Part shown: positions 23,276-32,802 of the stretch, one piece after another
Layout of the letters: every line of letters starts with the position of its first letter
Position numbering within the stretch: the first letter of the stretch is position 1
Source of the DNA: Patescibacteria group bacterium
GTDB lineage: Bacteria > Patescibacteriota > Minisyncoccia > Phycocordibacterales > UBA918
Reading direction: 5' to 3'
Length of the DNA: 61,843 nucleotides
NCBI GenBank assembly: GCA_018608435.1
Contig: JABAZV010000012.1
Span: forward strand, 3,269 to 65,111
Notes under the pieces: model-generated
What the model was told of the DNA's origin: nothing
The model's input: only the letters and a program-made list of their open reading frames with translations
The model's database searches: none
Position numbers and translations under genes: made by a program

Positions 23276-26200
23276 ATGTTTTCCAAAATTTTGTCACGTA
23301 AAGTAAAACCATCAAAGAACTTTAAGAAGCGATTGAAACATCGTTCTCGCTTCGCTGTGGCTGGTTTTTTGGTAGCTTTGCTATTTTTGGAAATGACGAG
23401 TAGCTTGCTTACAAACACCTTTATTCCTGGCTTTATTTCTGTAGCAGAAGCGGCTTACAGCAATATCGATGCCGATGGTGACGGTACTGTCTCTGCAGCG
23501 CAAACTACTTGTGGAGGAGGGGGGAACTTTGATTGTCTTAACGACGGCGTGGCTACTTCTAGTAACCCTGGAACAGGTAGTGATTTCTTGGCTTTTTCAG
23601 GCGGAAATCAAGATTTCTACACAATGACGACTTTGCCGGCTGTTGATGCTGTAAGCAGGGTTTCTGTTCCGGTATACCACTTGGAAACAAGTGCAAACAT
23701 GAGATTGTCAGTAGCTTTGTGGGATGCTACAGAAACAACTCAATATGGAACAACTATTCAGTTTGCCAATGCCGCTTCTTCACTGTGGGACACGGCAGTT
23801 TTTTCTGGTCTCTCGCTCACCCAAACACAGCTTGATGGTTTGAGAGTAGAGCTTAGTTGCGCGCGTGTCGGCGGCGGAAAGTCAAATGAATGTAATGCTT
23901 ACGCAATGTTCGCTGCAGCTACTTACACTGAAGTTATTGATGTGACAGTAGGAAGTGTTGGTACTCAGCAAGATCTGGCTATTCCAACGACAACCGCGCA
24001 CGTCGGAGGATCATTTTCAATAGTTGAGAATACAGCTAGTCGAAACGTTACCTCAATAACTATTGCCGAGCAGGGAACAGTCGATGGTCAAAATGATCTT
24101 GATAATATTAAGTTGTTTTATGATCTCGACACAAGCGATCCATACAACTGTGCAGGTGAGACATATTCTGGGGGGGAGACACAGTTTGGAAGTACCGACA
24201 CTGATGGCTTTTCGGGCGCGAACGGCACGTCTGTTTTTACCGGCTCGGTTAACATAACTACCACTCAAGCAATGTGTGTTTATCCGGTGCTGGATGTTCT
24301 TGGTACAGTAACCTTTGACGAAACAGTAGAGATTCAAATTACCAACCCTGCGACTGATGTGGTTGGTAGCGGGTCGCCGGTTATTTCACCTGGCTCTGCG
24401 GTGCTGCTTTCGAGCACAACTGTCCTGCGACAATCTTCGATTGTGCAAGAGAACTATCATTGGCGTAACGATGACGGTTCAGAAGCGGCTGCTACCTCGG
24501 CAACGGCTGGGTCTGAAAACACTGCCTACAATGGAATGCCAAAAAACTCTACCAAGCGCGTGCGTTTTGCAGTGTCAAATGAAGGTAATGCTGATTCCAC
24601 CGCCCTACAGTTGCGTTTGGAATATGCTACGGCTACCGCGGCCTGTTCTGCACTTGGTACTTGGGTTGATACGGGTGCTGCTGGCGGTGCGTTTTCTATG
24701 TCGGATTCAGCTTCTCTCACAAACGGCAATGACACTACCGACATTTCGGTTGGAATAGGTGGTGTAACCAATCCCAATACAACTTTCCTTACAACAAACG
24801 GCGGAGTGCGTGATACTTCTTCTCAAACTGGCAATATAACCGCTACGTCTACAGAGTTCGTGGAGGTTGAATATTCAATCATTGCGTCAACTGCTATTCC
24901 GGACGGAACGTCTTATTGTTTTCGAGTGACAGACGCTGGAACTGCGCTGGATGGCTACACTAATTATCCAGAAGCAAACTTTAGCGCTGACGTTGAGGTC
25001 GATAGCACTGGCACGCAAACAGCGCAAGTGACTATTCCTACAACCGGTCAATACGCCGGCGGTGTATTGCGCTTAACAGACACTTCTGCTGGTTCTGATA
25101 CTCTCACCAGCGTCACTATTACCGCTAGTGGATCGATTGATATCGCCGCCGATGTGGAAAATATCAAACTTCGTTACGATCTTGACATCAGCAATCCGTA
25201 CACTTGCGATGACACTTCATATGCCGATACTGATACTCAGTTTGGTACCACTGTTACTAATTTTGACGGCAGTAATAAAGCAACTTTTTCTGGTTCGGTA
25301 ACTAACTCGCAAACCCAAACAGTGTGTTTGTACGTTGAATACGATGTAGTTGACACAACAACTAACGGAGGTTTGTTAGATGTTTATATTGCCAGCCCGT
25401 CAAGCGAGATTGTTTTTACGTCATCGACCGTTTCGCCATCTTCTCCGGTAGAGATTTCTGGTATGACAACTTTCGCTGCACCGTTTTTAACTCAAGCAAA
25501 TTATCATTGGCGCAATAATGACGGCACAGAGACAGGAGCAACTTCGGCTACTGGTGGAACTGAAAATACCGTTCTGACTGAAATGGCTAAAAGTAGCACG
25601 TATCGATTACGTTTTGCGCTTGGTAACACTGGTTTGTCGAATGCGCCTGAAGCGCGCTATCAGATTCAGTGGGCACAAAAAATATCAAGCTGCGTGGCAA
25701 CGCCAGAAATTGACTGGGAGCCAATTGGCACAGCAGCTGATGAATGGCAAATGTCCCCGACAGGGAACCTTACTGAAGGTAATGATACGACTGACGTTTT
25801 GCTGGCAAACGGAGGGGTTAGTGATCCGGCTGGTACATTCTTGACCAACAACAACGGGGTTAACGACACAACGGATCTGACCGCTTCGTCTACTTTGTTG
25901 GCTGATAATTATCTTGACTTAGAATTTGCGATAAGTCCTACAACTGAAAGTGTGCAAGGCGCAACTTACTGTTTTAGGGTGGTAGCAAATGGTAATCCGC
26001 TTGATTCTTATACTAATTTTCCTGAAGCTGTAGTAAAGCTCGATACCGACTATAAAATTCAGCGCGGAGTAAGTACGATGACTGGCACCACGCTCACTAT
26101 TACCGCTGGAAGTGAATACGAAGTACCGTCTTCAACGCGTGCGTTTATTCGCATCACAAATACCCAACTTACTGGCGCAGGGCCAAATACAGGTAATACA

Positions 26201-28825
26201 GCTAATAATGCTGACGATGTAACGGCCTATATTAGCAATCCAGGAAACCTAGCAACCAGCATTACTTTTAGTCGCGCAGGAGCTACTGGTAACACTCGAG
26301 TTGCTTGGGAAATCATCGAGTACATTGGAGCTGAAGGAGGGGAGAACGAAATGCTCGTACGCCGTCATGAGGCAGTAGCCTATGGAGCCGCCAACACAAC
26401 AGTGAGCGGATCCGTCACAGGAACAATTGCTGATGATAATGACGTAGCAGTATTTATAACTGGTCAAAATAATGCTAATACTGGTCGAAATGGCTATAAC
26501 GAAGGGCTTTCTACCTCAGCGTGGAATGCTACCAATAATCAAGCTGATTTTACGCGCGGAGTAAGCGGCGCGGTGTCGAACGTCAGTTATGCTTTAGTTG
26601 AGTTTACTGGCAGTAACTGGAAAGTGCAGCGTGTTGAACATGCTTACTCGAATGCAGGTGCAGTGGAAGTTCAAGGAATTGCTTCTGTTAATAGTCTGAC
26701 CAGGGCTTTTTTGCACGTACAGATGCGTACAAATCAAAATAAACACGCTGACTTCGGACAAGAGGTTTACTTTTCTGGAATTGGACAAATCTCCTTCTTA
26801 CTCGATGCCGCTGCGGCTGTAACTACCGGTTCTCATACTTCGGTTGCATGGGTGATTGAGAGTACACAAACACAAGGAGTTGTGATGGATGTGCATCGTT
26901 CAAACGGTGCCTTTACCTCGGCTGGAGCTGGTCCAGAAACCAACAATGTAAACATTGGTGCAACTCTGTCTGACCTGTCGGTGGCGTCAATCTTTACTAA
27001 CAACCGTAGTGACGAAACACAACGCTCTTGGCCTGAGCCGATTTTGGCAGCCAGACTTATTTCAACTACGCAGTATGAGCTTTGGCGTAGTGACACTACG
27101 GCAAACCTGAACTTCCGCACTGAGGTAGTCGAGTGGCCGACGGCTGCCAGAAAACTAGAGCAAAATTATTATCGTATCTATGTTAACGACGCTAGTAGCA
27201 TTAAGCCGAGTGATCCGTGGCCGGTAGGCGCAACTAATCTTGGTGAAAATGCAGAGATGACTGCTAACGATACTCCGATGGCAAGTGGAGATATTGCGCG
27301 TGTTCGCATGACGGTTTCGGTTACCGCTTCAGCTGTGCCGGCTGGACTGGATGCTTTTAAGTTAGAATACGGTCTACGCTCTGAAGCGGGTACTTGTAGC
27401 GGTATAACCAGTAATGATTGGCATGAAGTAGGCGGGATAGGTAGCACAACTGCTCTCTGGCGCGGTGTAAACAATACTCCAGCTGATGGGGCTGCATTGT
27501 CTGCGACAAATCCTCCTACGGGTGGTGATCTGCTTATTTCAATCGGTAGTGTGGCTGGTTCTTACGAAGAAGAGAATGATTCATCTTTAAACCCCTATCT
27601 TGCTTTCCCTGGTGATGAGGTTGAATACGACTGGGTGCTGCAGCACAATGGCGCAGCTGATAAAAGCTCTTATTGTTTCCGGATGGTTGAGTCTGACAGT
27701 AAATTGCTTGAAAACTATAACTTCTACCCCGTGCTACGAACAGTGGGGTATGATCCGCGTATAACCAATTGGCGCTGGTACGACGATGAGGCTAGTCTTA
27801 CACCATCAGCTCCACTCGCAGGAGAGAATGTTTCGCCTGTAGACGTTGTTAATCAAAACGCCATTAAATTACGCTTAGTGCTAGAAGAAAGCTCAGGAGC
27901 TTCAGGGATTGATGCAAAATTTGCTTTGCAGGTTTCGCAGCAAGCCGACTTTAGCTCGGCCGTGGCGACGGTAACACCGTCTGGACTTTGCTTAGAGGAT
28001 TCAATCTGGTGTTACGAAGATGGGTCGGGAGTAGACAATGCAATTATCGACGGCGTGGTTATTTCGGATGCTGATACTTGTGTATCGGGCGTGGGAGCAG
28101 GTTGCGGTACACATAATGAAAGCACTAGTAGTACAACAGCTACTTTTGATCATGCCGCCCTTACTTCAGCCGAATACGAGTTTACGATTTTGCACGCTGG
28201 AGCGCGCGCCAACGCGGTGTATTACTTTCGTTTATACGACGTTGTAAATAATGAACTGGTGCTTTTAGCTGGCGGAGCAAGCTATCCTTCGCTTGTTACA
28301 GAGGGAGCACAATTAGTCTTTACTGTCGCCGGTCTTGATGCGGGCATTAGTACTGCTGGCATTGTGACCGACGCCACCACAACAGCAGCGAGTATTGGCT
28401 TTGGCGGTTTGCCTTTTGGCACATCAGTTGAGGCGGCGCAGAGAATTACAATCAATACCAATGCTACCGAGGGTTATCAGCTCTTTGTGTCGGCAGCACA
28501 GGAATTACTCAATGTTTATGGTGAGGCTATTCCTGCAGTGTCTTCAACCAACGCTGCGCCGGATGGCTGGACAGATGCTTGTCTTGTTTCTGTCACTGGC
28601 TGCTTTGGTTATCATAGTACCGATGGAACGCTTAATGGCGGTGATGGTCGGTTTGCTCCAACCGATTCTTACGCTGCGCTTAGCACGACGGCCGAAGAAA
28701 TAATGTACAGCTCAATTCCAATCAGCGACACGCATGATGTGGTTTACAGATTGTCTGTAACCGAAGAGCAAGCCGCTGGTGATTACGAAACTAGCATACA
28801 GTATATTGCTGTACCAACGTTCTAG
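23276..28825 (+). CDS. giant surface protein (1849 aa)
   Basis: N-terminal basic region plus TM or signal (AEA|AYS). There is an internal ~330-aa duplication and four ~170-aa modules that begin (N)Y(H/Y)WR or NWRWY and end YCFR/YYFR...Y..(Y/F)P. The C-terminal module ends AGDYETSIQYIAVPTF. Confidence 0.9.
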   Translation: MFSKILSRKVKPSKNFKKRLKHRSRFAVAGFLVALLFLEMTSSLLTNTFIPGFISVAEAAYSNIDADGDGTVSAAQTTCGGGGNFDCLNDGVATSSNPGTGSDFLAFSGGNQDFYTMTTLPAVDAVSRVSVPVYHLETSANMRLSVALWDATETTQYGTTIQFANAASSLWDTAVFSGLSLTQTQLDGLRVELSCARVGGGKSNECNAYAMFAAATYTEVIDVTVGSVGTQQDLAIPTTTAHVGGSFSIVENTASRNVTSITIAEQGTVDGQNDLDNIKLFYDLDTSDPYNCAGETYSGGETQFGSTDTDGFSGANGTSVFTGSVNITTTQAMCVYPVLDVLGTVTFDETVEIQITNPATDVVGSGSPVISPGSAVLLSSTTVLRQSSIVQENYHWRNDDGSEAAATSATAGSENTAYNGMPKNSTKRVRFAVSNEGNADSTALQLRLEYATATAACSALGTWVDTGAAGGAFSMSDSASLTNGNDTTDISVGIGGVTNPNTTFLTTNGGVRDTSSQTGNITATSTEFVEVEYSIIASTAIPDGTSYCFRVTDAGTALDGYTNYPEANFSADVEVDSTGTQTAQVTIPTTGQYAGGVLRLTDTSAGSDTLTSVTITASGSIDIAADVENIKLRYDLDISNPYTCDDTSYADTDTQFGTTVTNFDGSNKATFSGSVTNSQTQTVCLYVEYDVVDTTTNGGLLDVYIASPSSEIVFTSSTVSPSSPVEISGMTTFAAPFLTQANYHWRNNDGTETGATSATGGTENTVLTEMAKSSTYRLRFALGNTGLSNAPEARYQIQWAQKISSCVATPEIDWEPIGTAADEWQMSPTGNLTEGNDTTDVLLANGGVSDPAGTFLTNNNGVNDTTDLTASSTLLADNYLDLEFAISPTTESVQGATYCFRVVANGNPLDSYTNFPEAVVKLDTDYKIQRGVSTMTGTTLTITAGSEYEVPSSTRAFIRITNTQLTGAGPNTGNTANNADDVTAYISNPGNLATSITFSRAGATGNTRVAWEIIEYIGAEGGENEMLVRRHEAVAYGAANTTVSGSVTGTIADDNDVAVFITGQNNANTGRNGYNEGLSTSAWNATNNQADFTRGVSGAVSNVSYALVEFTGSNWKVQRVEHAYSNAGAVEVQGIASVNSLTRAFLHVQMRTNQNKHADFGQEVYFSGIGQISFLLDAAAAVTTGSHTSVAWVIESTQTQGVVMDVHRSNGAFTSAGAGPETNNVNIGATLSDLSVASIFTNNRSDETQRSWPEPILAARLISTTQYELWRSDTTANLNFRTEVVEWPTAARKLEQNYYRIYVNDASSIKPSDPWPVGATNLGENAEMTANDTPMASGDIARVRMTVSVTASAVPAGLDAFKLEYGLRSEAGTCSGITSNDWHEVGGIGSTTALWRGVNNTPADGAALSATNPPTGGDLLISIGSVAGSYEEENDSSLNPYLAFPGDEVEYDWVLQHNGAADKSSYCFRMVESDSKLLENYNFYPVLRTVGYDPRITNWRWYDDEASLTPSAPLAGENVSPVDVVNQNAIKLRLVLEESSGASGIDAKFALQVSQQADFSSAVATVTPSGLCLEDSIWCYEDGSGVDNAIIDGVVISDADTCVSGVGAGCGTHNESTSSTTATFDHAALTSAEYEFTILHAGARANAVYYFRLYDVVNNELVLLAGGASYPSLVTEGAQLVFTVAGLDAGISTAGIVTDATTTAASIGFGGLPFGTSVEAAQRITINTNATEGYQLFVSAAQELLNVYGEAIPAVSSTNAAPDGWTDACLVSVTGCFGYHSTDGTLNGGDGRFAPTDSYAALSTTAEEIMYSSIPISDTHDVVYRLSVTEEQAAGDYETSIQYIAVPTF

Positions 28826-28855
28826 TCTATTCTGTAAATCACTAAAAATGCTATT

Positions 28856-29920
28856 ATGAAAACAATGCTTCCGACAAATTATTTACACTTAAAGCTCATA
28901 AAGCTTGTCTTGCTGCTTCTTCTCACTGCAACAGCTTGTCTTAGTTTTGCTCCTTTAGCAGCTGCCAGCGGAATTACAATTCGGCCGTTTTTGATTGACG
29001 AAACACTTGAGCCACGCGGAGTTGCCACCAACGAAATTTTCATCACTAGTGATCATCCCGCGCCGCGCAAAGCGACTGTGTACGCAACGGTTAACGAAAT
29101 CACGGTTGACGCGTCGGGGGAGATTAAAGAATTTATTTCTCCAGTGATGACTGATCGCACTAACACCGTGACAAGCTGGATCGAAGTTTCGCGCGGACGC
29201 ATTACCATTCCACCAGGGGAAACCGCCACTTTGCCAATCACAGTGCGTACTCATCCTTTTGCCGAGCCTGGCGAGTACCATGTATTTATTGGTTTAGTTG
29301 AAGCGCCAAATCGTCCAACGGCAGAAAACATAGCGATGGCAGGTAATGCGCGTGGAGTTGTTCTTAAGGTAACGATCGACGATCAGCGTAAAGATGGTCT
29401 CAAAATAAAGAACTTCTTGGTTGATCGTTTTGTGACGGGAGAAGATTCACGTTTGATCACAGTCAATATTGAGAATACTGGCGATCTGCCAGCTTCTCCA
29501 GAAGGGGAAGTTGTTTTCTATGATTCTCGCGGTTCAGAGCAAATGGCGGTGCCAGTGAGTGCGGCTGGCAAGTTGGTACAGCCTGGAGAAGAAATGACAC
29601 TCACAACCAACGTTCCCATTGAGGGTGATCTTGGTCGCTACAAAGCAAATCTTACTTTGCGTTATGGTGAACGACAGAGTGCTGCTTTATATGACACTAC
29701 TTTCTTTTACCTTGTGCCCACACAAACACTATTTGTAATATTCTTATTTACACTGCTGTTTGTTTTGACTTCTGTATTTTTGCTGCGCCGCGTCTTTACT
29801 GGGCAACGCGAAGGCGGTGATTTTGAAGAAGTGTCAATGTATGTCGACGAAGAGTCTGTCAGAGAACCACAAGATCATGACATCGACTTAAAAAAACCAG
29901 CAGAAAAGACTAAAGAATAA
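28856..29920 (+). CDS. DUF916/DUF3324-like cell-surface protein with C-terminal TM anchor
   Basis: Signal AAA|SGITIRPF, then ...TSWIEVSRGRITIPPGETATLPITVRTHPFAEPGEYHVFIGLVEAP. A second beta domain is followed by the TM LFVIFLFTLLFVLTSVFLL plus RR and an acidic tail. Confidence 0.8.
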   Translation: MKTMLPTNYLHLKLIKLVLLLLLTATACLSFAPLAAASGITIRPFLIDETLEPRGVATNEIFITSDHPAPRKATVYATVNEITVDASGEIKEFISPVMTDRTNTVTSWIEVSRGRITIPPGETATLPITVRTHPFAEPGEYHVFIGLVEAPNRPTAENIAMAGNARGVVLKVTIDDQRKDGLKIKNFLVDRFVTGEDSRLITVNIENTGDLPASPEGEVVFYDSRGSEQMAVPVSAAGKLVQPGEEMTLTTNVPIEGDLGRYKANLTLRYGERQSAALYDTTFFYLVPTQTLFVIFLFTLLFVLTSVFLLRRVFTGQREGGDFEEVSMYVDEESVREPQDHDIDLKKPAEKTKE

Positions 29921-29926
29921 ATTTTT

Positions 29927-31591
29927 ATGATTACGTCACTCATCAAAGTTAAGCTAAATTATTTTGTCAAAGTTTTGACGTTAGCGTTAATGGCGGTGAT
30001 GTTTGCTGGCTCTTTCTTGTGGCCATTTGTGACGGCTGCTCAAGGGTCGCTGTCGCTTAGTATTTCACCAACTCTTTTTGAAATGACTGCTAATCCAGAT
30101 GATCGCTTCGTGAGTGTTGTGCGAGTTATTAATCCAAACCCTTTTGATATTACTGTCACTGCTGAACCGGTAAACTTCATGCCTAAAGGCGAAGGAGGAG
30201 AAGGAGTCTTTAGGCCGATAGAAAATGAAGATGATCAAACATCAACTTTAGCTGGCTGGATTTTTCTTGAATCAACTATCATTACTGTTGCTGCTGAACA
30301 AACAGCAGAAGTTCCATTTACAATCGAAGTTCCAGAAGATGCTCCTCCTGGAGGACATTTTGCAGCGATGCTGATTGGTACAAAGTCGCTTGGTTCAGAT
30401 GAAAACAGAAATAATGTCGAAACATCACAAGTAGTGACGTCATTAGTTTTTCTGCGGGTTACTGGTGATATTAATGAATCTGGTTCCATCAGAGAGTTTC
30501 GTTCCGTCGATAAAGTGGTCGAACGACCGGAGGTAGACTTTTCTTTACGCTTCCAAAATGACGGAAACGTTCATATTTTGCCGCAAGGAGAGATTCGTAT
30601 TTTCAACATGTGGGGTCAGGAACGTGGGGTGCTGCCAGTGAATCGTCAGACAATGTTTGGTAATGTGCTGCCAGACAGTATTCGTGAGTACAGGTTCAAC
30701 TGGTCAGGAGAATGGTCTTTAGCTGACATGGGTCGCTATAAAGCTGTAGCGACTCTGGCTTATGGTCAGGACTCACGGCAGTTTGTTAATTCAGAAACAA
30801 GTTTTTGGTTAATTCCGTGGAAGATACTATTGCTGGTAATTTTGGCGTTTAGTGCTTTTGCTGCAGTAATGACCTGGGGAATAAAGCTTTATATTCGTAA
30901 GATGTTGCGCATGGCAGGAGTTGTTCCTGGTGAAGAAGTATTCCCATCACCTGCAAAAAGTGAACGAAAAGTTTCTGTCGTAGCGCCACTTGAAGAAGGG
31001 ATACTAGACTTGCGTCACCGCATGGCTGCTTCAAAAACAGTTTCTAGTAAGTTTGCAGCTGTATTCTCTTTTGTTAGCCAGTACAAACTTTTCTTTGCCT
31101 TAGCAGGCACAGCAATTGTCTTTATTGTGCTCTTGGCTGGTTATGTGCGCGGAGCATCTATCAACGAACGTCAGTATGAAGTAACCGTCAGCAGTGCTGG
31201 TGAGGACGTCACTATCACTTCTGAAGACATTAAATACAACGAACTCAAAGATCAGCAAGTAGAAAACCAAGATGAAAAAAAGGATGTTGAAACGTCAGTT
31301 GTGAGTCTTGTTCCTCCGATTAAGATTGTTAATCAAAGTGGAGTAAATGGTTTGGCGGCAGAGCTTCGTCTTAAGCTAGAAACAGCTGGCTACGAAGTGG
31401 CTGAGCTTACCAACGAGATGGGTTCTTCTGAAAATAATACTGTCATAGTTTATGCTCCAGAGTATAGTTCTGAAGCTTTGCAGCTTAGCTTAGATGTGTA
31501 CGGTGCACTGACTTCTTCTTTCGACGATCTGACAGACAGTCAGGCACCGATTGTGATATATGTTGGAAAAGACCTGGAGAACGCTCGGTAG
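29927..31591 (+). CDS. DUF916/DUF3324-like protein fused to a C-terminal LytR_C-like domain
   Basis: The segment SLSISPTLFEMTANP...LAGWIFLES..ITVAAEQTAEVPFTIEVPEDAPPGGHFAAMLIGT is DUF916-like. It has two TMs. The C-terminal IKIVNQSGVNGLAAELRLKLETAGYEV...NTVIVYAPE...PIVIYVGKDL matches the LytR_C pattern. Confidence 0.8.
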   Translation: MITSLIKVKLNYFVKVLTLALMAVMFAGSFLWPFVTAAQGSLSLSISPTLFEMTANPDDRFVSVVRVINPNPFDITVTAEPVNFMPKGEGGEGVFRPIENEDDQTSTLAGWIFLESTIITVAAEQTAEVPFTIEVPEDAPPGGHFAAMLIGTKSLGSDENRNNVETSQVVTSLVFLRVTGDINESGSIREFRSVDKVVERPEVDFSLRFQNDGNVHILPQGEIRIFNMWGQERGVLPVNRQTMFGNVLPDSIREYRFNWSGEWSLADMGRYKAVATLAYGQDSRQFVNSETSFWLIPWKILLLVILAFSAFAAVMTWGIKLYIRKMLRMAGVVPGEEVFPSPAKSERKVSVVAPLEEGILDLRHRMAASKTVSSKFAAVFSFVSQYKLFFALAGTAIVFIVLLAGYVRGASINERQYEVTVSSAGEDVTITSEDIKYNELKDQQVENQDEKKDVETSVVSLVPPIKIVNQSGVNGLAAELRLKLETAGYEVAELTNEMGSSENNTVIVYAPEYSSEALQLSLDVYGALTSSFDDLTDSQAPIVIYVGKDLENAR

Positions 31592-31603
31592 TTTCTTCAT
31601 CAG

Positions 31604-31612
31604 TGGTATAAT
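31604..31612 (+). promoter_or_regulatory. extended -10 element TGGTATAAT
   Basis: TGnTATAAT located 18 nt upstream of ATG 31630. No clear -35 box. Confidence 0.35.
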
Positions 31613-31629
31613 TTAATTAGTTATTACTT

Positions 31630-32097
31630 ATGAGTAAAACAACAATTGCTCTTCTGGTAGGATTATATGGTTGTTTTATTATTGCCATGATGATTTACAA
31701 TAACTCAAATCATGCAACACGCGAATTGCCAAAAGAACTGCCTGCAAACAAAGTAGCCTTACCGGTTTCTGCTTATCAAAGCATAACCACAATAAATGCC
31801 CAGCACCTTTACGAAGAAGGATTACATGCAATCAGCGGGGAAGTTGTTCTGCCTACACCTTGCGACTCTTTGCTGCATGACGTTGTGGTCGCAGAGTCTT
31901 TCCCAGAACAGGTAACCATAAATTTCTCAGTTTTAAAAAACGAAGAAAACTGCACTCGAGTAGAGAAGTCAGTGCCGTTTGAGGTAGAATTTATGGCTTC
32001 AGATCAGGCTATTATAAAAGCTAGATTTATGGGGCGAATGGTCGAACTTAATCTTGCCGAAATTTCTAATGAGAAAAGGTTAGAGGAAGAGTCGTAA
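31630..32097 (+). CDS. membrane-anchored hypothetical protein (155 aa)
   Basis: ORF with an N-terminal TM (IALLVGLYGCFIIAMMIY). No family recognised. Confidence 0.7.
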   Translation: MSKTTIALLVGLYGCFIIAMMIYNNSNHATRELPKELPANKVALPVSAYQSITTINAQHLYEEGLHAISGEVVLPTPCDSLLHDVVVAESFPEQVTINFSVLKNEENCTRVEKSVPFEVEFMASDQAIIKARFMGRMVELNLAEISNEKRLEEES

Positions 32098-32154
32098 GTC
32101 AAGAGCAATTATAAATATTTATATAAATTTACTGTGCAATTTGTAAAAGGACAC

Positions 32155-32697
32155 ATGACGACAATATTGGTGATTATGCTAATTATTTTATTGATGGCAG
32201 TTGCTATGTGGTGGGTGTTGGATCGGAAAGAAGCAAAAGAGCTGACCGAAAGCGCCGCCGGTCAAGTTTTTACAACTATAGAAAATCAGCCTGCGTTTAC
32301 CAACATAACTGGCGAACCACTTGATTTGTCGAGCAATGTTGGTGAAATTTTAATTGTAAACATTTGGGCTAGCTGGAGCCCTGATTCTGCTACCGAATTA
32401 CCAGCTCTCTCTTTGCTTTCGCAAAAGTATACCGATCAAGGTGTGCGCGTCGTTGCTATGAACCGAGGTGAGCCAGCCCAAACCGCTGAAAGATTTTTAA
32501 ATAGAATAGGCGCGACTGAAGGAGTCACTTTGGCTTTTGATCCAGATGACAATTTCTATGATTCTGTCTCAGGTTACGCTATGCCTGAAACGCTGGTTTA
32601 TGATCAAGCAGGAGAACTTCTGTATCATCACAGAGGAGTTGTTTCAGTTGAATTGATAGAACAGAATATAAAGCAAATTTTGGCAGATAAGCCGTAG
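32155..32697 (+). CDS. TlpA/ResA-like thioredoxin-fold protein lacking both active-site cysteines
   Basis: ORF 32134 (GTG), with ATG at 32155. An N-terminal TM is followed by ILIVNIWASWSPDSATELPAL...GVRVVAMN...GYAMPETLVYDQAGELL. This fits the redoxin pattern, but W-S-P-D-S replaces W-C-x-x-C. Confidence 0.8.
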   Translation: MTTILVIMLIILLMAVAMWWVLDRKEAKELTESAAGQVFTTIENQPAFTNITGEPLDLSSNVGEILIVNIWASWSPDSATELPALSLLSQKYTDQGVRVVAMNRGEPAQTAERFLNRIGATEGVTLAFDPDDNFYDSVSGYAMPETLVYDQAGELLYHHRGVVSVELIEQNIKQILADKP

Positions 32698-32745
32698 TGC
32701 CAATATGCTTTAATAGCTACTACACTTTTGTACACAGTTTATAGC

Positions 32746-32773
32746 TTGACTTTTATGTAAAATAGGTCATACT
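32746..32773 (+). promoter_or_regulatory. candidate promoter TTGACT-16 nt-CATACT
   Basis: -35 at 32746-32751 and -10 at 32768-32773. It lies upstream of the terminator at 32803. Confidence 0.35.
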
Positions 32774-32802
32774 GTTACCAGTTGGTTCTTTGAAAGCCAA
32801 TT

